Of a stretch of 55,516 bases of DNA, positions 31,722-41,992 are shown in pieces. Source of the stretch: Burkholderiales bacterium (GTDB lineage: Bacteria; Pseudomonadota; Gammaproteobacteria; Burkholderiales; Burkholderiaceae_C). The position numbers were made by a program, and so were the translations under genes. How positions within the stretch are numbered: the first letter of the stretch is position 1; the number at the start of each line of letters is the position of its first letter. The notes below the pieces were generated by a model. It did no database searches and was not told the origin of the DNA. It saw only the letters and a program-made list of their open reading frames with translations. The stretch is from positions 1-55,516 of the forward strand of contig SXWY01000069.1 of assembly GCA_005789825.1 (NCBI GenBank). Reading direction: 5' to 3'.

Positions 31722-33454
31722 TCGAATATTCCTTTTGAGGGGCTGTGCGGCGATTCGCACAGCAAGACATCTTTATCTTGCGAGAGTATCCACTTTTTCA
31801 TGGGCGTCGGACCTTGGGTCAGATGCCAGATGACATTGTTTTTCCACAACTGGGGATTCATATTGCAAATTTTCCGAGCCAAGCCGACTGCTCTTTGATC
31901 TTGTTGGCTAAAAACATAGACTTTTAGCAAATCATGCAAAGGCATCGCTTGGGTCAAATAATTGGTGAGCTGAATGATTTTGTCGGTGTGCAAGGCGTAA
32001 TTGGATTCATCGACCTCTGTGTTTTGCAGCTCCAAGTAGTCGTCATAGGTTCTGAACCAAAAACTGTGTGTGTCTTGCTGGGTAACTGCATAGGGATTGA
32101 ACATGAATTGGAAGACGCGCTCATATGCCAATTTGTGGTCTACATACACCCACGCCACCAAAAGCAAATATGCTGTCCAGGTGATCTGAACAAGTTTGTA
32201 CTTGACTTTCAGGGTGACGACAGGTTGATTCGACATGAAGGCCACGGCAATACTGAATGCCAACAAACTGGGCGCGTACCACAAGGGGTATTCGGTCATG
32301 CTGTGTAAGCCAAATATCACAGCCACCATCAGTCCCGCCACCACCGCTGGACGCGATGAAGACTGCAGTGGCTTTTGCTTTAACCAGTATGCAAAAAATA
32401 CAAGCAATGGGATGGAACCCATCAAGCCCAACTCCAGTTGTATTTGTAGAAGTAAGTTGTGTGCATGGTCCAGCGCACCGTCTAGCTTTGGATAGCTCAT
32501 TTGTACCCATTGAAATTGCCGCCAGCCAATGCCCCAGACGGGGTTGTCTTGGATGATGTGAGCCACGCCGTTGTAAATATCGAAACGTGTTTGATTGCTT
32601 TCTGTGAATCTGTTGTAAATACTTATTTCACTGCCTGGCTTAACCCCTTGAAACACCACCGCTGCAAAGTGAACACAGGCTTGCCACAAAGGTAACCCAA
32701 TCCATACATTGCTGATGCCACAACGCTTTCTAAAAAACCCACACACAACCGACACCGCGAGTATTTCAATGAGCGCAATCCGTGACAAGGTGGTGTTGAT
32801 GGCCCACAACAACAACACCATGGCAAGTATTCTGCAAAGCGACACAGGGGCTGCTTTTTCTCGGGGTTCTTCCGACAAAAAAACCAGCGCCACCAAGCCG
32901 CAAACACACCAAGTCCCCACGATGTTGGGTTGAGAAATGATCCCCCCTGGTCGCTGGGGATTGCCTGTTTCTATGAAGGGCTCGAAGTATGTGATCCAAG
33001 GTGATGCTTGTATCAACAAGACGATGGCGTTGGCCAATGCCACCACAAGCACCGCTGTCAAAAACGCATGCAATAACTCATGTTCTAAGCCTGCATTCAC
33101 CCATGTTCGGACCAACACGCCCACCATCAATGCTGCAAGCAAGTAACCGATGCCCAACAACGTGAATTCGATCGAAGTGGGTATCCATCCCAATGCGTAC
33201 TGCGCTGCCACCAGCACTGCCCAAAAGCCTGTCAATGCACCCAAGCTGTTGATTTCTAAACGCAGGAATTTGGTTTCGGGTTGAAACGCGGTCAGGAGTC
33301 CCCACACCCCTAACCCCGCCAATGCCAACAGGTCGGGAAGGTACCGGCCGTAAACACTGCCAGCAGGAAAGGTGACCAATGGCAAGGCCAACATCAGAAT
33401 GAATGAAAGTTGGCAAATAGCCAACCGAAGTTGTTGAGGGTGGATGGTCTTCAT
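31718..33454 (-). CDS. PglL-like O-oligosaccharyltransferase (Wzy_C/O-antigen ligase superfamily), multi-TM
   Basis: RPGGIISQPN, WGIGWRQF...HAHNLLLQ and HSMTEYPLWY motifs; many hydrophobic segments. Confidence 0.78.
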   Translation of the reverse strand: MKTIHPQQLRLAICQLSFILMLALPLVTFPAGSVYGRYLPDLLALAGLGVWGLLTAFQPETKFLRLEINSLGALTGFWAVLVAAQYALGWIPTSIEFTLLGIGYLLAALMVGVLVRTWVNAGLEHELLHAFLTAVLVVALANAIVLLIQASPWITYFEPFIETGNPQRPGGIISQPNIVGTWCVCGLVALVFLSEEPREKAAPVSLCRILAMVLLLWAINTTLSRIALIEILAVSVVCGFFRKRCGISNVWIGLPLWQACVHFAAVVFQGVKPGSEISIYNRFTESNQTRFDIYNGVAHIIQDNPVWGIGWRQFQWVQMSYPKLDGALDHAHNLLLQIQLELGLMGSIPLLVFFAYWLKQKPLQSSSRPAVVAGLMVAVIFGLHSMTEYPLWYAPSLLAFSIAVAFMSNQPVVTLKVKYKLVQITWTAYLLLVAWVYVDHKLAYERVFQFMFNPYAVTQQDTHSFWFRTYDDYLELQNTEVDESNYALHTDKIIQLTNYLTQAMPLHDLLKVYVFSQQDQRAVGLARKICNMNPQLWKNNVIWHLTQGPTPMKKWILSQDKDVLLCESPHSPSKGIFD

Positions 33455-33482
33455 CCACCGATCTTAATTTAAATAGCTATAT

Positions 33483-34274
33483 TTAATTAATACGATGGAA
33501 TAAATTTAAGAAATTATCAGTGGTATGCATGGCCACCGCTTCGTCAGACAAGCCTTTGATTTCGGCAATTTTCTTCGCCACCCACGGCACCAACGATGGG
33601 TCATTGGTTTTGCCACGGTGTGGCGCAGGCGCCAGATAAGGGCTGTCGGTTTCTATGAGCATGCGGTTCAGCGGAACCCAAGCCGCGATATCGCGCAAGT
33701 CCGTGGCATTTTTGAAGGTCAATATGCCCGAAAAAGAAATATAAAAACCCATGTCCAAAGCCGCCCTGGCCACTTCAGCGGTTTCGGTAAAACAATGAAA
33801 CACTCCGGTGGCGGGTGCGCTGCCGGCACTGAAGCCTTCCTCTTTCAATATTGCCAGCGTATCGGCACTGGCGCTGCGCGTGTGAATCACCAAAGGCAGC
33901 CCCAATTGTCTTGCCGCGCGGATATGGGTACGGAATCGGGTTCTTTGCCATTCCATGTCGGCCACCGAGCGTTCGCCCAAGCGGTAATAGTCCAAGCCAG
34001 TTTCCCCAATGCCCACGACTTTGTCGCGTTGCCCCAATCGCAACAAATCTTCCAGTGTGGGTTCTTGCACTTGGTCTTCGTCAGGATGAACACCGGCAGT
34101 ACACCAAAAATTGTCATGCGCCATGGTGATGCTGTGCACATCTTCAAAAGTTTCTAAACGCGTGCTGATCAACAACGCGCGAGAGACTTGCGCGGCTTGC
34201 ATGTCTTGCCGAATATCGCTCAAGCGCGCTTGCAATTCAGGAAAGTTCAGGTGGCAGTGAGAGTCGGTATACAT
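33483..34274 (-). CDS. tatD: TatD family DNase
   Basis: DSHCH, GVHP, GETGLDY, IHTR, HCF and ETDSPYLAP motifs. Confidence 0.93.
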   Translation of the reverse strand: MYTDSHCHLNFPELQARLSDIRQDMQAAQVSRALLISTRLETFEDVHSITMAHDNFWCTAGVHPDEDQVQEPTLEDLLRLGQRDKVVGIGETGLDYYRLGERSVADMEWQRTRFRTHIRAARQLGLPLVIHTRSASADTLAILKEEGFSAGSAPATGVFHCFTETAEVARAALDMGFYISFSGILTFKNATDLRDIAAWVPLNRMLIETDSPYLAPAPHRGKTNDPSLVPWVAKKIAEIKGLSDEAVAMHTTDNFLNLFHRIN

Positions 34275-34283
34275 CGGGAAAAT

Positions 34284-35273
34284 TCAAGAAGTCAAAGCGC
34301 GTTGGGCGCGGCTCACCCAAGCTTCTAACAGCAAACCGGGTTGGTAGGGATGGTCAACAGTTTTGGCCATCATCATCAATTCGCGCGACCACGCGGACAA
34401 AGTATCAAACTGCCCGCTGCGAGGCAAATCTTTGAGATTGAAAAAACGCGGGGCTGCGCCCGACTTGGCGCACAGCATGTCGTGACATATTTTTTGCAAG
34501 CAAGACAATACCCATGCAGGCGACTGGTCTGCCAACGCGCTGACATCACCTCGGCTGATTTGTACAGGCAGCGACTTCCATGTGTTGGCTTTGATGCCGG
34601 ATTGAAACATCATCAATGCGTCATCGGGGCGGCCACCGGCGGCTTGTAGCAAAACGCTGGCGTCATCGGCAGGCACGGATTGCTGCACCAGCCATTGGGT
34701 GGCTGGCTCCAGGTCAGGCCAGGCCATATGGTGGTTTTGGCATCGGCTCCTGACCGTGGGCAGCAATTCTTGCGCAGCCTGGCAAGCCAAGATGAAACGC
34801 GTGTCACCAGGCGGCTCCTCCAGGGTTTTGAGCAAGGTGTTGGCGGTGATGTGGTTCATGCGCTCAGCAGGATGGATCAACACCACTTTCCCTCGCACAC
34901 CGGCACTGGTGGTTTGGCTGAAGGACAGCATGTCACGCATGGCTTCCACACGTATTTCTCTGCTGGGTTTGCGCTTTTTGTCTTCGATCTCTTTGAGCGA
35001 TTTTTCGGGCAAAGGCCATTGCCATTCCAGCATGTCGACTTCGGGCATGAGAACCGTCAAATCTGCATGGGCACGCACGGATATGCCATGGCAACTGGGG
35101 CAGATACCGCATGCGCCGTATTCCGTGGGGGCATGGCACAGCCATGCGCTAGCCAACGCCAAGCCTAGCTCGTATTGGCCTAATCCAGACGGGCCTTGCA
35201 ACAAGAAGGCGTGGCCGGGTCGCTGCATCAACGAAAGCAACTGCGATTGCAACCAAGGCGCTAGAGGTTTCAT
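34284..35273 (-). CDS. holB: DNA polymerase III delta' subunit
   Basis: GPSGLGQ, zinc motif [18 protein letters not shown] and SRC; ATGA overlap with tmk. Confidence 0.93.
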   Translation of the reverse strand: MKPLAPWLQSQLLSLMQRPGHAFLLQGPSGLGQYELGLALASAWLCHAPTEYGACGICPSCHGISVRAHADLTVLMPEVDMLEWQWPLPEKSLKEIEDKKRKPSREIRVEAMRDMLSFSQTTSAGVRGKVVLIHPAERMNHITANTLLKTLEEPPGDTRFILACQAAQELLPTVRSRCQNHHMAWPDLEPATQWLVQQSVPADDASVLLQAAGGRPDDALMMFQSGIKANTWKSLPVQISRGDVSALADQSPAWVLSCLQKICHDMLCAKSGAAPRFFNLKDLPRSGQFDTLSAWSRELMMMAKTVDHPYQPGLLLEAWVSRAQRALTS

Positions 35274-35920
35274 ACGGCGTCGGTCGGTAAATAACCACGC
35301 TGAACCAAGGCTTGCCACACAGATTGGCGCACCTTGTCTATGGTTGTATCCGCTGGGATGATGGCGAAACGCTCGGGATCGGCTTTCACACGATCGGCAT
35401 AGGCGTTGTGTACCTGTTCAAAAAAAGCCAAAGGCTGTGACTCAAAACGGTCTGGCACTCGTGCGGTTGCCAAGCGTTGTGCCGCGATAGGCGGGTCTAG
35501 TGAAAACCACAAGGTGATGTCGGGTTGTCGAATGCTTTTGTCAGGACGTGCTTGTACCCATGATTCCAATTGGGCCAATACGCGGGTATCAAAACCACGA
35601 CCGCCCCCTTGGTAAGCGAACGTGGCATCGGTGAATCGGTCGCAAAGCACCACCTGTCCTTTGGCCAATGCTGGTTCAATGACTTGCAGCAAATGGTCGC
35701 GTCGCGCGGCAAAAACCAACAACGCTTCACACAACGGATCCATGGCGTCATGCAACACCATGTCGCGCAGTTTTTCAGCCAAGGCCGTACCGCCAGGCTC
35801 ACGGGTTTGCACCACCTCACGACCTTGTTGGCGAAACGCATCCGACAACGCTTGAATATGGCTGGATTTGCCAGCGCCGTCTATGCCTTCAAAACTGATG
35901 AATACGCCGGTGGGTTGCAT
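35270..35920 (-). CDS. tmk: Thymidylate kinase
   Basis: [15 protein letters not shown] and [13 protein letters not shown] motifs. Confidence 0.96.
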   Translation of the reverse strand: MQPTGVFISFEGIDGAGKSSHIQALSDAFRQQGREVVQTREPGGTALAEKLRDMVLHDAMDPLCEALLVFAARRDHLLQVIEPALAKGQVVLCDRFTDATFAYQGGGRGFDTRVLAQLESWVQARPDKSIRQPDITLWFSLDPPIAAQRLATARVPDRFESQPLAFFEQVHNAYADRVKADPERFAIIPADTTIDKVRQSVWQALVQRGYLPTDAV

Positions 35921-35926
35921 AGCAAG

Positions 35927-36973
35927 CTATTGTGCCTTGCCACTTGAAATGCCACGTTGGTAGCGGTCCACCGCTGCGTTGTGGTCGGCCAAGTTATCGC
36001 TGAATTGGCTGGAGCCGTCACCACGCGCCACAAAATACAAAGCCTTGCTGGTGGCGGGGTGTAACGTGGCTTCCAGTGCCGCAACGCCGGGCATGGCGAT
36101 CGGGGTGGGCGGTAACCCTTTGTGCACATAGGTGTTCCAAGGGTGATCACTTTGCAGGTCTGCCCTTCTCAGATTGCCATCGAACGAAGCCCCTAAACCG
36201 TAAATCACGGTGGGGTCGGTTTGCAAGGGCATTTGAATACGCAAGCGGTTGTGGAACACGCTGGCGATCATGCGTCTATCGCTGCTCAAGCCAGTTTCCT
36301 TCTCCACTATGCTTGCCAATACCAAAGCTTCGTTGGCATTTTTGAGTGGCAAACCGAGGTCACGGTTTTGCCAAGCCGTTGCCAGGTGCTTATCCATGGC
36401 AGTGGCCGCCCTTTTCAGCAGATCCAGATCTGAACTGCCTTTGCTGAAGTGGTAGGTGTCTGGTAAGAAACGTCCTTCGGGTGCCAGATCAGATTTGCCC
36501 AAATGGCTCATGATTTCTTCATCACTCAAACTGTTGGAATCGTGTTTTAAAAATTCGGAATTGTTCATGGCTTGTCTGAATTGACGCCATGTCCAGCCTT
36601 CCACCAAGGTGAGGGTTTTCAAACTCTCCTCACCCCTGACCAATTTCGTCAGCAATTGCCATGCGGATGTTTGCGCATCGATTTCATAGCTTCCCGCACG
36701 TATCAAGCGCGATTGACCGCTGAATTTGAAAAAGTAATAGAGCAACGACGGCGAAACATCCACACCAGATGAAACAACAGTTTGAGCGATGGATTTGACC
36801 GATTGGCCAGGTTCAACTGACACATCGACGGTCGGTTGCGACAAAGGCAAGGGCCGCCACACCCACCAAGCACTGACCACGGTTGTCAGCATGGCCAGAA
36901 CCAACAACAGACCCAACCCTGTGCGCCACCGTGTTTTCAAAAGCCTGTCCTGCATGTCAGATAAAGCGGACAT
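35927..36973 (-). CDS. mltG: Endolytic transglycosylase MltG (start uncertain)
   Basis: TM anchor, EGRFLPDTY, ASIVEKET, LQTDPTVIY and GLPPTPI motifs. Confidence 0.93.
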   Translation of the reverse strand: MSALSDMQDRLLKTRWRTGLGLLLVLAMLTTVVSAWWVWRPLPLSQPTVDVSVEPGQSVKSIAQTVVSSGVDVSPSLLYYFFKFSGQSRLIRAGSYEIDAQTSAWQLLTKLVRGEESLKTLTLVEGWTWRQFRQAMNNSEFLKHDSNSLSDEEIMSHLGKSDLAPEGRFLPDTYHFSKGSSDLDLLKRAATAMDKHLATAWQNRDLGLPLKNANEALVLASIVEKETGLSSDRRMIASVFHNRLRIQMPLQTDPTVIYGLGASFDGNLRRADLQSDHPWNTYVHKGLPPTPIAMPGVAALEATLHPATSKALYFVARGDGSSQFSDNLADHNAAVDRYQRGISSGKAQ

Positions 36974-36985
36974 GATAATAGAGGC

Positions 36986-37915
36986 ATGACTTCCTCTGAA
37001 CTTGCACCGACCCTTCCCCCATTGCCTGCTGCTGGCTCATGCGCCCTGCCCCATCTGGGGGTGATTGCTGCGTGCGGCGAGGATGCCGCCCATTTTTTGC
37101 ACAACCAACTGACCCAGGATTTCGCGCTATTGGATATGCAGCACGCCCGGCTGGCTGCTTTTTGCAATGCCAAGGGCCGCATGCAAGCCAGCATGGTGGG
37201 TTTCAAAACTTCTCCTCAAGAGGTATTGCTGGTTCTCCGAGCAGATTTGCTGGCCCAAACCCTCAAGCGTTTGTCCATGTTCGTTTTACGTGCCAAGGTG
37301 AAATTGAAAGATGTCAGCGCTAAATGGCAAGTACTTGGTGCTTTCGGTTCAGACCCCCTCTTGGCAACGCCTTGGACCTTGACCCCACATGGCAGCGCAT
37401 GGCAAGTGGCTTTGTACCCGGCTGCAGGCGTAGCCAGGCGATTGCACCTGTTGCCAGCGAATGAAGCGTTGGTAACCACGAACGTCGATCTGCAAGATTG
37501 GTTACTCGGCGAGGTGCTCAGTGGCGTGGCCGATGTGCAAGCCGCCACCTACGAAGCATTCGTGCCGCAGATGCTGAATTACGAATCTGTCGATGGGGTG
37601 AATTTCAAAAAAGGTTGCTACCCCGGCCAAGAGGTGGTGGCGAGAAGCCAGTTTCGGGGCATTTTGAAGCGCCGCACGTATGTGATGAGCAGCCCGGTGG
37701 CTTTGCAAGCAGGTGTTGAAATTTTCAGCAACACTGACAGCAGCCAACCGGCGGGCTTGGTGGCACAAGCGGTATCGCATGACCAACACGGCCACTGGGC
37801 TTTGGTGTGCTTGCAAACCGCTGCCGAACAAGCCGATACGCTGTATCCCGCAGGCTCACCCGACAGCCCATTGCGATTGCATCCCCTGCCTTACGCCTTG
37901 CGCGAAGACATTTGA
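36986..37915 (+). CDS. ygfZ: Folate-binding Fe-S/tRNA-modification protein YgfZ
   Basis: KGCYPGQE signature; divergent from mltG. Confidence 0.92.
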   Translation: MTSSELAPTLPPLPAAGSCALPHLGVIAACGEDAAHFLHNQLTQDFALLDMQHARLAAFCNAKGRMQASMVGFKTSPQEVLLVLRADLLAQTLKRLSMFVLRAKVKLKDVSAKWQVLGAFGSDPLLATPWTLTPHGSAWQVALYPAAGVARRLHLLPANEALVTTNVDLQDWLLGEVLSGVADVQAATYEAFVPQMLNYESVDGVNFKKGCYPGQEVVARSQFRGILKRRTYVMSSPVALQAGVEIFSNTDSSQPAGLVAQAVSHDQHGHWALVCLQTAAEQADTLYPAGSPDSPLRLHPLPYALREDI

Positions 37916-37917
37916 AT

Positions 37918-39066
37918 TCACATGGACGCGTGCAGCATCGCTCGGTAGTCTGCTGGGCTGGCTTCACGCGGATTGGTTTTGTGTGAATGGTCTGCCAGTG
38001 CGCCTTGGATGATCGCGTCAAATTGGTCTTCAGTGACACCCATCGCGGCCAAGCCAGTGGGTAAACCCAGCGCGGCGTTCATGCGTTTGATGGCGTCACC
38101 CAGTGATTGGGCGGGATCGCTAGCGGGCGCCAATCCCATGGCTTGAGCCATGCGAGCCAGTCGGTGTTCTTGTTGCATAGATTCGGCATGGGCGTTGAAT
38201 GCAATCACAGCGGGTAAAAACATGGCGTTCAACGTACCGTGGTGCAGCTTCGGGTTGATGCCCCCTAAGCTGTGGCTGAGGGAATGCACACAACCAAGCC
38301 CCTTTTGAAAAGCCAGCGCTCCTTGCATAGAGGCGCTCATCATTTGCAGCCGTGCGTGTTTATTCTGACCATCGCGGGTGGCTGTTTGGATATGCGCCCA
38401 GCCGCGTTGCAATCCGTCCAGCGCAATACCGTCAGCAGGTGGATTGAAAGCGCTGGACATGAAAGTTTCCATGCAATGCGCAATCGCATCCATGCCGGTG
38501 GCTGCGGTCATCAAAGGCGGTAAGCCCATGGTCAAATCGGGATCGAGCAACGCGGTTTTGGGCACCAAATGCCACGAATGAAAACCCAATTTGCGACCGT
38601 CGTCGACGATGATGATGGCACCTCTGGCGACTTCGCTGCCTGTGCCTGCCGTGGTGGGAATGGCGATCAAAGGCAATACTTTGGCGGTGATACGCGGAGA
38701 GCCTCCTTCAATGGTGGCGTAGGTGGTCAACGGCCCGGGATGGGTGGCTGCGATGGCTACTCCCTTGGCGCAGTCCATGGAAGAGCCACCGCCCAATGCA
38801 ATCAAACCATCGCATTGGTGGTCCACACACAAGCGGGTGGCTTCACGGACCGAAGCTTCAGTGGGGTTGGATGGCGTGCCAGCGTAAACCGTGCAATCCA
38901 CACCGGGCAGGGCATCAAGGGCATGTTGCAGCAAACCCGCAGCTTTGATACCCGCATCGGTCACGATCAACGGGCGCGTTATGTGGTGCTGTTGGCATTC
39001 TTGCGCAAGCCGTTTGATCGCGCCGGGTTCGATGTGTATTTGCGTGATGTAGAGAATGCTGGACAT
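37918..39066 (-). CDS. Iron-containing alcohol dehydrogenase
   Basis: GGGSSMD, PTTAGTGSE, DAIAH, HSLSH and HHG motifs. Confidence 0.9.
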   Translation of the reverse strand: MSSILYITQIHIEPGAIKRLAQECQQHHITRPLIVTDAGIKAAGLLQHALDALPGVDCTVYAGTPSNPTEASVREATRLCVDHQCDGLIALGGGSSMDCAKGVAIAATHPGPLTTYATIEGGSPRITAKVLPLIAIPTTAGTGSEVARGAIIIVDDGRKLGFHSWHLVPKTALLDPDLTMGLPPLMTAATGMDAIAHCMETFMSSAFNPPADGIALDGLQRGWAHIQTATRDGQNKHARLQMMSASMQGALAFQKGLGCVHSLSHSLGGINPKLHHGTLNAMFLPAVIAFNAHAESMQQEHRLARMAQAMGLAPASDPAQSLGDAIKRMNAALGLPTGLAAMGVTEDQFDAIIQGALADHSHKTNPREASPADYRAMLHASM

Positions 39067-39122
39067 GGTGGACCCTCAGAGCGTTGTAGGATGCTGCGAC
39101 TTTAACGGACGGCTTTGGCAAC

Positions 39123-39980
39123 ATGGAAAAAAAAGATTTTCGATTTCTTCACCCTTTGCGTGTGCGCTGGGTAGAAGTGGATATGCAAAAGATCGTGTTC
39201 AATGGACACTATCTGATGTATTTTGATACGGCAGTGGGTGACTATTGGCGCCACTTGGTGCTGCCCTACGAAAAGACCATGCACGACCTGGGCGGTGATT
39301 TGTACGTGGTGAAGTCCAGTTTGGAATACAAAGCCTCGGCGGTCTATGACGATTTGCTTCACATCGGCATCCGTTGTCAACGCATCGGCAATTCTTCCCT
39401 CACTTTCCAAGCGTGCGCATTTCGCGGAAACCACGTGTTGGTGACGGGTGAGCTTATTTATGTGTATGCCGACCCGACCTCGCAAACATCGAAACCCGTT
39501 CCACAAGAATTGCGCGACACCTTGCTGGGCTTCGAGCAAGGCGAACCCATGGTCAAACTTCAATTGGGCAGTTGGGGCGCGTTGAAGTCGGTTGCCGGCG
39601 CATTGCGCACCGAAGTGTTTGTCGAAGAACAAGGGGTCAGCCAATCCTTGGAATGGGATGACCAAGACGCAGTGAGTTTGCACGCCTTGTTGCGCAACCG
39701 CATGGGTTTGCCGGTGGCCACTGGCCGTTTGTTACCCGCAGTAGACGGTGTTTCCAAAATCGGTCGCATGGCCGTGAAAAAAACGTTGCGTGGTTTGAAG
39801 CTAGGAGACCAAGTGCTCAACGGTTTGATCGAAGCAGCGCGTAAACGCGGCGACACCGAAGTGGTGCTGTCTGCCCAATGCACTGCTGAACATTTCTACC
39901 ACCGGCAAGGCTTTGTCCGCAGAGGTGAAGTGTTTCAAGAAGCAGGCATGGACCATGTGCAAATGTTCCTGCGGCTTTGA
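39123..39980 (+). CDS. YbgC/FadM-family acyl-CoA thioesterase fused to a GNAT acetyltransferase
   Basis: N-terminal EVDMQKIVFNGHY hotdog motif; C-terminal LRTEVFVEEQG, IGRMAV and FYHRQGF. Confidence 0.85.
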   Translation: MEKKDFRFLHPLRVRWVEVDMQKIVFNGHYLMYFDTAVGDYWRHLVLPYEKTMHDLGGDLYVVKSSLEYKASAVYDDLLHIGIRCQRIGNSSLTFQACAFRGNHVLVTGELIYVYADPTSQTSKPVPQELRDTLLGFEQGEPMVKLQLGSWGALKSVAGALRTEVFVEEQGVSQSLEWDDQDAVSLHALLRNRMGLPVATGRLLPAVDGVSKIGRMAVKKTLRGLKLGDQVLNGLIEAARKRGDTEVVLSAQCTAEHFYHRQGFVRRGEVFQEAGMDHVQMFLRL

Positions 39981-39992
39981 ACGCAAAACAGC

Positions 39993-41075
39993 TTACAAAG
40001 GCTGCACAACGCTGGGGTCCGGCCGCTGTAACCATTGCGCCAATTCATCCGCCAATTGACCCGCTTGGGCCACGGCGATTTGCCACGCCTTGATTCGACC
40101 CGGCAAATCGCGCTGGTAAGTCATGAAGTCGCTGCGGTCTGGGAGCTTGCCGTTGGGCAATTGCTTCACCCAATCCGGATGCGGAGACAACACCACCGTG
40201 GTGTCCAAAAACGGCGTGGCGGCATGGCGCCAAGTCAATTTTTTGTCCAACCACCCCGGCACGACATGTTGTTGAAAATGCGGATAAAGCGTCAGTCCTT
40301 TGGCGCTTCGGTAATCCAAATGCAAGTGGTAATCGGTGATGCCGCCATCCCAATATGCTCCCTTGGGAGCACCTGCAATATCGTGTACTGCATTGAGCAC
40401 AAACGGAATAGAGCAACTGGCCTGAACCGCTTTTAAAAAATTGTCTTCGGTCAGTGCGATATGCCGGGTTCGGTAATCGAGCACACGAAAAGGCAAAGGC
40501 TGCGGATGGCCTAAAAAAGACGAAGAAAACACCACACGCTCTAACCAAGCCGACATGGCTTTGCGGTTGACCAGATTGGTCAGATAAGCCCCGGCATAAC
40601 CCAAGGTTCGTCGCAACGGTGTGTCGCGGTGCAACATGCCAAGCCCGTGCGATGTCATGACATGCAAGCGATAGCGCGGATGTTGCAACACTTTGTGTAT
40701 GCGTCCCGCATAAAAGCGGCGCAGATTGGCTGCGAAATCATCGCTGACTTGCTGTGGCGTAGGGCGATTTTGTCCAGGCGCCAATTCATAGTTTTGGCGC
40801 ACATACGCCTCTTCAAGCGCGAGCAATTCTGCTTTGGGATCGGGCAAACATGCGGTGGCCATGCGCCAAGCACCGATCGAGGCACCCACCAAATCTATCG
40901 GTTGCTGGCTGCGAGGTAACCATTGGTCAAACAAATATCGGTCGATCGGGCCGAGTATCAAACCCTTGGGCCCGCCTGCTGCACCGGGAATGACGCTGAT
41001 GTGCTGCGGTCCAAGCCCGTTTGCCCGAATATGGGCCATGGCTTGCGGACCCGCGTGAATACACAAAGCTCGCAT
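39993..41075 (-). CDS. Patatin-like phospholipase
   Basis: GAAGGPKG, GASIG nucleophile and DGG motif. Start placed at ATG 41075 (MRALCIHAG). Confidence 0.8.
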   Translation of the reverse strand: MRALCIHAGPQAMAHIRANGLGPQHISVIPGAAGGPKGLILGPIDRYLFDQWLPRSQQPIDLVGASIGAWRMATACLPDPKAELLALEEAYVRQNYELAPGQNRPTPQQVSDDFAANLRRFYAGRIHKVLQHPRYRLHVMTSHGLGMLHRDTPLRRTLGYAGAYLTNLVNRKAMSAWLERVVFSSSFLGHPQPLPFRVLDYRTRHIALTEDNFLKAVQASCSIPFVLNAVHDIAGAPKGAYWDGGITDYHLHLDYRSAKGLTLYPHFQQHVVPGWLDKKLTWRHAATPFLDTTVVLSPHPDWVKQLPNGKLPDRSDFMTYQRDLPGRIKAWQIAVAQAGQLADELAQWLQRPDPSVVQPL

Positions 41076-41086
41076 AGAAGAAAAAT

Positions 41087-41992
41087 TCAGTGACCGCGCA
41101 ATGCCTGTTTCAGTTGGATGCCTATATCGGGACGTTCTGCAAACGGATCGGGTGGGTTGCTGCCCTGCACTATCGCGTCGAAACGGGTTTTGGCATTGCC
41201 CAGCGCTTTGGGGTGGCTGTAAATATAAAACTGGTTTACCCGGATGGCATCGAACACCATAAGCGCGACCTGCGCAGCACTGACTTTGCCACTGCTCACA
41301 GCTTTGTCGCTCATGGCTTGCCCAATGAGTTGGCTTTGCGTGGGCTGGGCGGCAGCCAAATGGCCGGGACGGTTTCTTTCGCTTTGGTTGATACCGGTTG
41401 GCACAAAGTAAGGGCACAACACGCTGGCACTCACCTGATCAGTCACCAAGTTCAAATCTTGGTAGAGCGTTTCGGTGAGAGACACCACGGCGTGCTTGGT
41501 CACGTTGTAAATACCCATATTGGGCGGCGTGAGCAAACCGGCCATGCTGGCAGTGTTGACGATATGGCCTTGCCATGTTGGGTCTTGTTGGGCGGCTTGC
41601 AGCATCATCGGGGTGAACAAGCGCACACCGTGGATCACGCCCCACAAGTTGACGCCCAGTAGCCATTCCCAATCTTGCAAAGTGTTTTCCCACAACAATC
41701 CGCCCGCACCCACACCGGCGTTATTGAAAACAAAATGCGGTGCGCCAAACCGCTCTTGTACGGCAGTGGCCAGTTCTTGCATGTCGTCAGCATTCGAAAC
41801 ATCGACACGCTTGGCCATGACATGCACACCCAAGGCTTTCATTTCGTCATGCGCTGTTTTCAATGCGTCTTTTTGGACATCGACCAGCACCAAATTCATG
41901 CCCAGAGAAGCACCGATGCGTGCACATTCCAGTCCAAAACCCGATGCGCCTCCGGTCAGCACAGCGGTTTTGCCTTTGAAGTCGCTGATCAT
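41087..41992 (-). CDS. Short-chain dehydrogenase/reductase
   Basis: TGGASGFG, NNAG and YNVTK motifs. Confidence 0.92.
   Translation of the reverse strand: MISDFKGKTAVLTGGASGFGLECARIGASLGMNLVLVDVQKDALKTAHDEMKALGVHVMAKRVDVSNADDMQELATAVQERFGAPHFVFNNAGVGAGGLLWENTLQDWEWLLGVNLWGVIHGVRLFTPMMLQAAQQDPTWQGHIVNTASMAGLLTPPNMGIYNVTKHAVVSLTETLYQDLNLVTDQVSASVLCPYFVPTGINQSERNRPGHLAAAQPTQSQLIGQAMSDKAVSSGKVSAAQVALMVFDAIRVNQFYIYSHPKALGNAKTRFDAIVQGSNPPDPFAERPDIGIQLKQALRGH

Noticed and set aside
41076-41417. N-terminal extension of the patatin ORF
   Set aside because: Overlaps the SDR gene out of frame; an ORF-caller artefact.
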